A DNA stretch of 26,336 bases, taken from a virus. The position numbers and the translations under genes are program-made. Each line of letters opens with the position of its first letter. Position 1 is the stretch's first letter. Positions 13,552 through 20,557 of this stretch are shown piece after piece. The DNA lies in UHGV virus genome UHGV-0273073. One strand, 5' to 3'. The notes beneath the pieces were generated by a model. That model was given only the letters and a program-made list of their open reading frames with translations. It ran no database searches and was not told the origin of the DNA.

Positions 13552-13946
13552 TCTGAATTGTGGAGATTGCCCATCACCCTTAGGACTTTTATCGCGTTTG
13601 ATTGTTGACAAGTGACCACCTATTGAATTAGCCTTTTTACTGTTAGGTGACCACCTTAACACGGAGGCACTTAAAAAAGCAAAGCCCGAAGGCGCTAGGA
13701 ACACCAACGGGCTTCTAACCACCAACGATAGCAACAGTATCGAGATAGCTATGAGAAATCATACCACACACCCGCAAGGGCGGGACCCGCACAACCTGAA
13801 TAAATACATCTGGCGTTTTATCGCCCTGAGCACCGCACAACCACGCGTAATACACATCGAGGCCGCCAGCGGACAGGAAGCCCGCCAACAATCCCCAACT
13901 GGCTGCGTGATGATATTCGCCGCCCGTATTCGTCAGGAGGTATGCC

Positions 13947-14132
13947 GTGCTTAAAACCTTCCGTGTATTTGCTCGTGCTGTTAACCCACGAGGCCACACA
14001 ATTGGTATCGCTCAGAACGTGAAGGCTGTTAATGTTCAGACGGCTATTGCTGCGGTGAGAAGCGAATCATCAGAATATGGCTTATCACAAGTCATTATTT
14101 CAGCAGTGTATGAATTAAAAGAGGTGCATTAA
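13947..14132 (+). CDS. Hypothetical small protein, first gene of the replication operon
   Basis: GTG start with perfect AGGAGG 6 nt upstream; stop overlaps the next start. Confidence 0.6.
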   Translation: MLKTFRVFARAVNPRGHTIGIAQNVKAVNVQTAIAAVRSESSEYGLSQVIISAVYELKEVH

Positions 14133-14323
14133 TGCAGGAAATCACATTACACGAAGCCGCTGAACGTGCGCACCAGACAGAGATTATTTGCCGCCTTCTT
14201 GAGGTATACCCTGATAAATTAAATGATGCTGATATATCCGCATTAGCTAGTCTTCTGGCAAGACTGTCAGGAAGTGTTGCACTGTGGTTAATTGATCAGA
14301 GGGTAGAACGTTATGGAGAATAA
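14132..14323 (+). CDS. Hypothetical small protein (operon member)
   Basis: Translationally coupled to flanking ORFs. Confidence 0.55.
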   Translation: MQEITLHEAAERAHQTEIICRLLEVYPDKLNDADISALASLLARLSGSVALWLIDQRVERYGE

Positions 14324-14555
14324 TAAACTTTCGCTTGCAGAGGTGTCGGAATCCATGAACAGTGCAATAAGCTATAATAATTCGGCAATTGAAATTGCAA
14401 ACTTGTGGTTTCAATTGCTGTCAAACAACGAAAGAGATGAATCAACGGCAAGACTTATATTTGCTATTTCTGAATTGCTGGATATTTCCACCAGCAAGAT
14501 AAACAAAGCATTAGAAAAAATTCACGAATTAAAACACCACACAAACGGAATTTAA
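14313..14555 (+). CDS. Hypothetical small protein (operon member)
   Basis: Overlaps the previous ORF; AT-rich. Confidence 0.5.
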   Translation: MENNKLSLAEVSESMNSAISYNNSAIEIANLWFQLLSNNERDESTARLIFAISELLDISTSKINKALEKIHELKHHTNGI

Positions 14556-14559
14556 TTAT

Positions 14560-14859
14560 ATGGGAATGAAAAATACTGGTGTTAATGCCAGCGGCCCCGC
14601 TCGACCTGAATTTATGAACGGCGATATTTACCGCGATAAATACGGCGGCACGGTAACGATTAAAGGCGTGGCAGAACGGCGCATCACTTACCGCCGTGAG
14701 GGGTATAGCTATGACTGCGTGATGCCTGTTTATCAGTTCCGGCGTGATTTTTCCCTGGTATATGCCGCACCCCGCAGTAAGCCCACCAGCAGGGAAAAAG
14801 CGCGGGGAAACATCCAGAAAATGAAAAGCATGATTAACGCATTCAGGGGCAAAAAATGA
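14560..14859 (+). CDS. Hypothetical protein upstream of primase (operon member)
   Basis: 99 aa; stop overlaps the primase ATG (ATGA at 14856). Confidence 0.6.
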   Translation: MGMKNTGVNASGPARPEFMNGDIYRDKYGGTVTIKGVAERRITYRREGYSYDCVMPVYQFRRDFSLVYAAPRSKPTSREKARGNIQKMKSMINAFRGKK

Positions 14860-16607
14860 AACTGGCACCGAACTTAAAAAAACAGCCACGCGACAGACTG
14901 ACAGAGGTAATCATCTTTGCAGGTAGTGATGCGTGGAGCCATGCGAAAGAGTGGCAGGAATGGGCGGGTAAACATATTGCCGCCGACGATGTGCCGCCTG
15001 TCGTGCTGGCTGATGAGCAACTGAAAAACATCACCGATTACCGGATCATTGATGAAGATCGTCAGTGTGTGCGTGTTTACCGCGCAGGACATATCACAGA
15101 GCACAGCATGACGCAGATTGTTACGTTACTGGCTGTGGCTGGAGTGAAGACCGTACACGAATACGCGGGGATTACTGACACCAGCCCCGTGGATTTATCC
15201 GACCAGTTGCCGCGACTCAAAGAGGAATGCGAGCGTGGGGAAAGCCTGGTGCTTAATCTTCCGACGAAGCAAAAGGAGCAACTTTCACAGATGGCAGACA
15301 GTGAGCGGGCACAACTACTTGCCGATCGCTTTGATGGTGTTTGTGTTCATGCAGAAAGTGAAATCGTCCACGTATGGCGCGGCGGGGTATGGTGTCCGGT
15401 CAGCACAATGGAGCTGAGCCGCGAAATGGTGGCGATCTATTCAGAGCACAGGGCCACGTTCAGCAAACGCGTAATCAATAACGCCGTGGAAGCGTTAAAA
15501 GTTATTGCCGCCCCCATGGGGGAGCCGTCCGGTGATTTGCTACCGTTCACTAATGGTGTGCTTAATCTGAAAACGGGGGAATTTTCTCCGCACTCGCCGG
15601 AGCACTGGAGCACCACGCACAATGGTATTGAGTACACGCCACCAGTAGCAGGGGAAAACATCCGCGATAATGCGCCAAATTTCCATAAATGGCTTGAACA
15701 TGCTGCAGGAAAAGACCCGCGCAAGATGATGCGTATATGTGCCGCGTTATACATGATTATGGCGAACCGCTACGACTGGCAGATGTTCATTGAGGCCACC
15801 GGAGACGGGGGAAGCGGTAAGAGTACATTTACCCATATTGCCACCCTGCTTGCAGGCAAACAGAACACCGTAAGCGCAGAGATGACATCACTCGATGATG
15901 CAGGAGGGCGCGCGCAGGTTGTCGTGAGTCGTCTTATCGTCCTTGCCGATCAGCCGAAATATACGGGGGAAGGCACGGGCATCAAGAAAATCACGGGAGG
16001 CGATCCCGTTGAAATCAATCCGAAATATGAGAAGCGATTCACGACGATAATAAGGGCGGTGGTACTGGCAACCAATAACGACCCGATGATCTTTACCGAA
16101 CGGGCCGGAGGTGTGTCACGCCGTCGGGTGATTTTCCGGTTCGACAACATTGTAAGGGAGGACGAAAAAGACAAGGAATTACCGGAAAAGATAGCGGCAG
16201 AAATCCCCGTAATTATCCGCCGCTTGCTGGCTAACTTTGCTGACCCTGAAAAGGCAAGGGCTTTACTACTGGAACAGCGTGACGGTGATGAAGCTCTGGC
16301 AATAAAGCAGCAAACGGATCCAGTTGTTGAGCTTTGCGCGGCGCTTGAGTTTCTGGATGAAGCTCGTGGGCTAATGATGGGCGGTGGTGGTGACTCCGTG
16401 AAGTACACGACCAGAAACAGCCTTTACCGTGTCTATATGGCCTTCATGGCATACACAGGAAAGGGGAAATGTTTGAGCGTGAATGAGTTCGGAAAGGCTA
16501 TGAGGTCAGCGGCGAAAGTTTACGGATATGAATATATTACGCGAAAAGTTAAGGGAGTCACGCAGACCAACGCAACGACTACTGATGATTGCGATGCGTT
16601 TTTATAA
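14856..16607 (+). CDS. Replication primase/helicase (P4-alpha/PICI pri-rep-like, P-loop NTPase)
   Basis: 583 aa; Walker A GDGGSGKST; Walker B-like VLADQ; immediately followed by the iteron array. Confidence 0.85.
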   Translation: MKLAPNLKKQPRDRLTEVIIFAGSDAWSHAKEWQEWAGKHIAADDVPPVVLADEQLKNITDYRIIDEDRQCVRVYRAGHITEHSMTQIVTLLAVAGVKTVHEYAGITDTSPVDLSDQLPRLKEECERGESLVLNLPTKQKEQLSQMADSERAQLLADRFDGVCVHAESEIVHVWRGGVWCPVSTMELSREMVAIYSEHRATFSKRVINNAVEALKVIAAPMGEPSGDLLPFTNGVLNLKTGEFSPHSPEHWSTTHNGIEYTPPVAGENIRDNAPNFHKWLEHAAGKDPRKMMRICAALYMIMANRYDWQMFIEATGDGGSGKSTFTHIATLLAGKQNTVSAEMTSLDDAGGRAQVVVSRLIVLADQPKYTGEGTGIKKITGGDPVEINPKYEKRFTTIIRAVVLATNNDPMIFTERAGGVSRRRVIFRFDNIVREDEKDKELPEKIAAEIPVIIRRLLANFADPEKARALLLEQRDGDEALAIKQQTDPVVELCAALEFLDEARGLMMGGGGDSVKYTTRNSLYRVYMAFMAYTGKGKCLSVNEFGKAMRSAAKVYGYEYITRKVKGVTQTNATTTDDCDAFL

Positions 16608-16620
16608 AAAATGGCAATGG

Positions 16621-16850
16621 TTATCTACCTTGTCTACCTGACTGAAAGAAAATACTTTTATTTCAATGTATTAATGCAGGTAGATAACTATTTTTCACTG
16701 TCTACCTGTTATCTACCTTATCTACCCATTTTTGTAGACAGGTAAGGAGACGGGTAGAGATGAGGTAGACAGCTATTTGGGGCTGTCTACCTCCCTGAAA
16801 CCCGCGCCATTACTGGCCTGATAACTAATCAGGTAGACAAGGTAGACAAG
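16621..16850. repeat. Iteron-type replication origin: at least 12 copies of GTCTACC / GGTAGAC in both orientations plus an AT-rich spacer
   Basis: Copies at about 16623, 16632, 16678, 16701, 16711, 16720, 16734, 16753, 16764, 16785, 16831, 16841; AT-rich 16641..16676. Confidence 0.8.
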
Positions 16851-16896
16851 GTGGTGGTGCACAAAAAACTTTTTAAACGAGGGGGTAAAAATAAAA

Positions 16897-17154
16897 ATGC
16901 ACACATCAGGAAAACTGAACAAACATATAAAGCCACATTACCGCGCCCTTGATATGGCTGAACACTGGCTAAGGGTGGCGATTAAGGCAATAGACCGCAA
17001 CGCCGGGGAAGGATACGCGAAAGCACATCCCGAACTGATAAGCGCATTCATGACAACGGCGGCTGCAAACTTTGCCACGCTGACCGAACGGGAGATTGCC
17101 GAAGCGGAGGAAGTGACAACCATCAATATTAAGTCCGGAGAGCAGGCAGCATGA
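16897..17154 (+). CDS. Hypothetical 85-aa protein
   Basis: Stop overlaps the ssb start. Confidence 0.5.
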   Translation: MHTSGKLNKHIKPHYRALDMAEHWLRVAIKAIDRNAGEGYAKAHPELISAFMTTAAANFATLTEREIAEAEEVTTINIKSGEQAA

Positions 17155-17600
17155 CGGCGCAAATAGCAGCTTACGGGCGGCTGGTGGACGCCCCGCAGAC
17201 AAAACAGACCAGCAAGGGCACCCCCATGACGCTGGCGCGTATGGCGGTATCACTGCCCTGCAGCCAGTCGGATGACGGTCAGGCGACGATGTGGTTATCT
17301 GTTCTGGCGTTTGGCAGACAAGCCGACGCGCTGGCAAAGCATCACAAAGGCGAACTCCTGAGCGTGGCGGGTAACATGCAGGTGAGTCAGTGGACTGGAC
17401 AGAACGGTGAAACGCGGCAGGGCTGGCAGGTTATCGCAGACAGCGTAATCAGTGCGCGAACGGTGCGACCGGGCGGCAAAAAAGGCCAACAGGGGCAGGC
17501 TACTGACGCACTGAACAGAGCAAAACAACAGGCAGATCAGCAAGGAAGCCATCCACCAGTGGGAGATAATGAGCAATGGGGAGATGATATTCCGTTTTAA
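17151..17600 (+). CDS. ssb: Single-stranded DNA-binding protein
   Basis: 149 aa; OB-fold core and acidic C-terminal tail ending DDIPF, as in E. coli SSB. Confidence 0.9.
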   Translation: MTAQIAAYGRLVDAPQTKQTSKGTPMTLARMAVSLPCSQSDDGQATMWLSVLAFGRQADALAKHHKGELLSVAGNMQVSQWTGQNGETRQGWQVIADSVISARTVRPGGKKGQQGQATDALNRAKQQADQQGSHPPVGDNEQWGDDIPF

Positions 17601-17618
17601 ATATTGCCAATAAAAAAG

Positions 17619-17643
17619 GCCGGAAAAAAATAAATTTTCCGGC
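17619..17643 (+). other. Hairpin (9-bp stem GCCGGAAAA / TTTTCCGGC) between ssb and the capsid-homolog gene
   Basis: Perfect inverted repeat with 7-nt loop AAATAAA; no downstream T-run. Confidence 0.4.
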
Positions 17644-17817
17644 ATGCTACATAAATCCAGACCAAAGGGAGTGAAGATATTAACACTAATTATCCGCGCT
17701 GAAGTTGTCATCCCAAAACTTTATACAACATTGCACTCGGTTGCATGTATTCGCATGACAAATATCGGTGATAGCATATATCCACAATTATTTTTAATGA
17801 ATGCAAAGAGGATGCGT

Positions 17818-18858
17818 ATGGTTGATTTATATTCGCCTACCCAGCTTGTACAGGTGGTTAATGCTGTAGATGTACAAAAACAACTAAATGCGTTGTTTAC
17901 CAGTTTGTTTTTTACTCGCTCGGTAATGTTTGAATCGCGCGATATTATTCTTGATACAATCGACGATCCAAATATCCCAATTGCAGCGTTTTGTTCTCCT
18001 ATGGTGGGTAGTAAAGTTTCACGTGACGAAGGGTACGAATCAAAAACAATTCGTCCAGGCTATATGAAGCCGAAAAGCAGCATTGATCCAAATAAGTTAG
18101 CTGTGCGCCCTGCTGGTGTATCACCTGAGCAATACAATGCTTTTGGAGCGCGTAATATTAAAGTTAAACAGGCGATTGTAAATCAGGCTAAAGCTATTCG
18201 TGCACGTATTGAATGGCTTGCCGTTCAGGCAATCACAACGGGGAAAAATATCATTGAGGGCGATGGTATTGAACGTTATGAGCTGGACTGGAATATTAAA
18301 CCACAAAATATCATCACTCAGTCTGGCGGTGCTGAGTGGTCAGGTAAGGATAAAGAAACTTTTGATCCAAATGATGATATTGAGAGCTACGCAGAATTTA
18401 GTGAGGGCGTCACTAATATCATCATTATGGGCGGTAATGTATGGAAGAAATACCGTTCATTCAGAGCGATAAAAGAGGCTCTGGATACCCGTCGTGGTTC
18501 TAATTCCGAACTGGAAACGGCCCTTAAAGACCTTGGTGATTCGGTGAGTTTTAAAGGGTATATGGGCGATGTTGCGATTGTTGTATACAGCGGGCGTTAT
18601 ACCGACGAGGACGGAACTGAAAAACATTTCCTTGATCCTGATTTGATGGTGCTTGGCAATACGGCTCTTCAGGGGATTGTCGCCTATGGCGGTATTCAGG
18701 ATCCGGAGCTAATCCGAATGGGGCTGACTAAAGCCGAACTTGCACCGAAAAACTATATTGTGCCTGGTGATCCGGCTATTGAATATGTGCAGACACATTC
18801 AGCACCACAGCCAATACCGGCCCGCATCAATCGTTTTGTTACCGTTCGCATTGGCTAA
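17818..18858 (+). CDS. Island-encoded major capsid protein homolog (divergent gpE-like)
   Basis: 346 aa from ATG 17818 (AGAGG 6 nt upstream), inside track ORF 17644..18858. Blocks ITQSGGAEWSGKDKETFDPNDDIESYA and DTRRGSNSELETALKDLGDSVSFKGYMGDVAIVVYSG align with ITQSGGTEWSKRDKSTYDPTDDIEAYA and DTRRGSHSELETAVKDLGKAVSYKGMYGDVAIVVYSG of the resident E (20569..21348). Confidence 0.9.
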   Translation: MVDLYSPTQLVQVVNAVDVQKQLNALFTSLFFTRSVMFESRDIILDTIDDPNIPIAAFCSPMVGSKVSRDEGYESKTIRPGYMKPKSSIDPNKLAVRPAGVSPEQYNAFGARNIKVKQAIVNQAKAIRARIEWLAVQAITTGKNIIEGDGIERYELDWNIKPQNIITQSGGAEWSGKDKETFDPNDDIESYAEFSEGVTNIIIMGGNVWKKYRSFRAIKEALDTRRGSNSELETALKDLGDSVSFKGYMGDVAIVVYSGRYTDEDGTEKHFLDPDLMVLGNTALQGIVAYGGIQDPELIRMGLTKAELAPKNYIVPGDPAIEYVQTHSAPQPIPARINRFVTVRIG

Positions 18859-18867
18859 GGGGGAGCA

Positions 18868-19209
18868 ATGGCTACTCATTACACTGAACTCATGGCTGGC
18901 ACTGAAGCACTGGTGACTACGCTGGGGATATTTTCAGCTAATAAAGGGGTAATTCCTGCATTTACGCCACTGATGCAGGAAGATGCAACAGGTGCACTGG
19001 TGGTATGGGATGGTTCGAGCGTAGGTAAAGCGGTTTATGTTTCCGCTGTACAAATCGACACCGCGAAAAAAACACAGGCTCAGGTCTATAAGACAGGTGT
19101 CTTAAATGTTGATGCTCTGAACTGGCCTGAGTCTGTAAAAGAACTGTCAGTAAAGATTGCAGCGTTTGTTGGCTCAGGTATTTCTGTTCAGCCGCTGGCT
19201 CGTGTGTAA
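18868..19209 (+). CDS. Island-encoded head decoration protein homolog (divergent gpD-like)
   Basis: 113 aa; TPLMQEDATGALVVWDGSS…YKTGVLNVDALNWPES…AAFVGSGISV aligns with resident [20 protein letters not shown]…[16 protein letters not shown]…[11 protein letters not shown]. Confidence 0.8.
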   Translation: MATHYTELMAGTEALVTTLGIFSANKGVIPAFTPLMQEDATGALVVWDGSSVGKAVYVSAVQIDTAKKTQAQVYKTGVLNVDALNWPESVKELSVKIAAFVGSGISVQPLARV

Positions 19210-19220
19210 AGGGGGATACA

Positions 19221-19604
19221 ATGCAAAATGATTACAATGACCTTAAGCCAATTGCCGAAATGATGTACCCGAATCCAGCTGTAGAGGAATTAAAAGCTAT
19301 CGCTGACAAAATGTGTTTAAGCGAGCGCCTTGTTGATATGAATCAGGTGATGGAAATTACAACCCTGAGTCGGCGTACACTGCTAAACCTTGAGGCTAGT
19401 GGAGAGTTCCCGGAGCGTGTGCAGGTTACGGAAGGGCGTAAGGCCTGGTATTTAAGTGAAGTGATCGACTGGATAAATAATATTCCTCGCGCTTCTGAAT
19501 ATTGCCGCGTACCTGTCCCAAAAAAGCCAGATGCGGCGCTATGCCTCAAGATTGAGCGTGTACGCCGCAATGCACGGGATGGTCGCTATAAGCTGATTGG
19601 TTGA
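19221..19604 (+). CDS. HTH protein (AlpA/excisionase-like fold with N-terminal extension) adjacent to the cos-like site
   Basis: 127 aa; MNQVMEITTLSRRTLLNLEASGEFPERVQVTEGRKAWYLSEVIDWI. Confidence 0.6.
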   Translation: MQNDYNDLKPIAEMMYPNPAVEELKAIADKMCLSERLVDMNQVMEITTLSRRTLLNLEASGEFPERVQVTEGRKAWYLSEVIDWINNIPRASEYCRVPVPKKPDAALCLKIERVRRNARDGRYKLIG

Positions 19605-19629
19605 TGAAATTAGGGCCCGCTCTGGCTGG

Positions 19630-19838
19630 CGGGTCCTTTCCGGCGATCTGACAGGCTACGGGGCGTCAGGCGCGCGGATTTTCGCTATTTATGAAAATTT
19701 TCCGGTTTAAGGCGTTTCCGTTCTTCTTCGTCGTAACTTAATGTTTTTATTTAAAATACCCCCTGAAAAGAAAGGAAACGACAGGTGCTGAAAGCGAGCT
19801 TTTTGGCCTCTGTCGTTTCCTTTCTCGTTTTTTGTTCA
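19630..19838 (+). promoter_or_regulatory. Island cos-like packaging site: cosQ/cosB nearly identical to the prophage cos (4016..4223), divergent cosN-equivalent 12-mer GGGCGTCAGGCG at 19661..19672
   Basis: By-eye alignment: about 150 bp of the cosB arm differ by only a few substitutions; the cosN 12-mer differs at 5 of 12 positions; no terminase genes in the island. Confidence 0.85.
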
Positions 19839-20185
19839 ACAATTGCGCGGTAGCAACTCGCCTTTCTGCTGCTGGAACTTATCCGGCACGTTTCCAGTGA
19901 TATCTGTCAGACAGCAGGCAAACAGGAGACAACGCAGTCGGACAGCACGACCGCTGAAAATTACGCGCGTGTGGTGCTTGAGGTTATGCGCCGTGACGGT
20001 ATCGAGCTTAACGGCGTGGATATGTGCAACATACGCACCAGAGTTCTGGAGTTGTTGCCATATCGTCGCCGTTCCATGTAGCGAAGGGAGAGCGCGAAAA
20101 ACACTTACCAGTGGAAGAAGCAGGAGCGGTTACGGCGGTAACTTGCTGATATTCCCGATAACGCAAAATTGCGTTGGCTGGCAGA

Positions 20186-20404
20186 GTGCAAATTTGCACG
20201 ATGGTCTAACCCATTGATTCTTTCGAAAATCACCATTGGGGGATAACGGGGGAATAAGCCTAACCCATTGATTCTTCCACAATCCTCAATTTGAGGAGAG
20301 CGGAATTATTACATGGCTGGATCAGGACTCCTTGAATTCAAGGAGTTCTCCTGTGTGAAAATGAAATTACCCAAGTTGGTGGGTGAGTTGCAGATCTGCA
20401 ACTC
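20186..20404. promoter_or_regulatory. Cluster of four palindromes in the island right arm: 20186..20199, 20284..20296, 20328..20345, 20385..20404
   Basis: GTGCAAATTTGCAC (14 bp, perfect), CCTCAATTTGAGG (imperfect), CTCCTTGAATTCAAGGAG (18 bp, perfect), GAGTTGCAGATCTGCAACTC (20 bp, perfect). Confidence 0.6.
20206..20276. repeat. Two copies of the 17-mer CTAACCCATTGATTCTT (20206..20222, 20260..20276), resembling the att core (AACCCA…)
   Basis: Exact direct repeat; shares AACCCA with the core AACCCAAGCA. Confidence 0.6.
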
Positions 20405-20448
20405 GGCTATGAAACTTAATAATCGAACAGCATGTAAATTCATTTCTG

Positions 20449-20481
20449 TGTATTGCAGCATGTATTGCAGCATGTATTGCA
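20449..20481. repeat. Three phased copies of TGTATTGCA (12-bp period), right-arm arm-type sites
   Basis: 20449, 20461, 20473; the same motif occurs twice on the left arm (10564..10583). Confidence 0.65.
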
Positions 20482-20557
20482 ACATAGTCATTCTGGTAGA
20501 GATTATGCTCTATTTTTCCTCTTATATCATTCACATACTTACGTCATTGACTCATGT

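Noticed and set aside
13715-13999. GC-rich overlapping ORFs 13751..13954 (+) and 13715..13999 (-) between the RHH gene and the replication operon
   Set aside because: No RBS or recognisable domains; region more likely holds divergent promoters and operators, though a small gene cannot be excluded.
19843-20217. 124-aa plus-strand ORF downstream of the island cos
   Set aside because: No RBS, Cys/Arg-rich low-complexity translation, overlaps palindromic sites; more likely regulatory DNA.
20449-20485. Possible CRISPR-like array (tandem 12-bp units)
   Set aside because: Units too short, only three copies, no spacers or cas genes; fits integrase arm sites.
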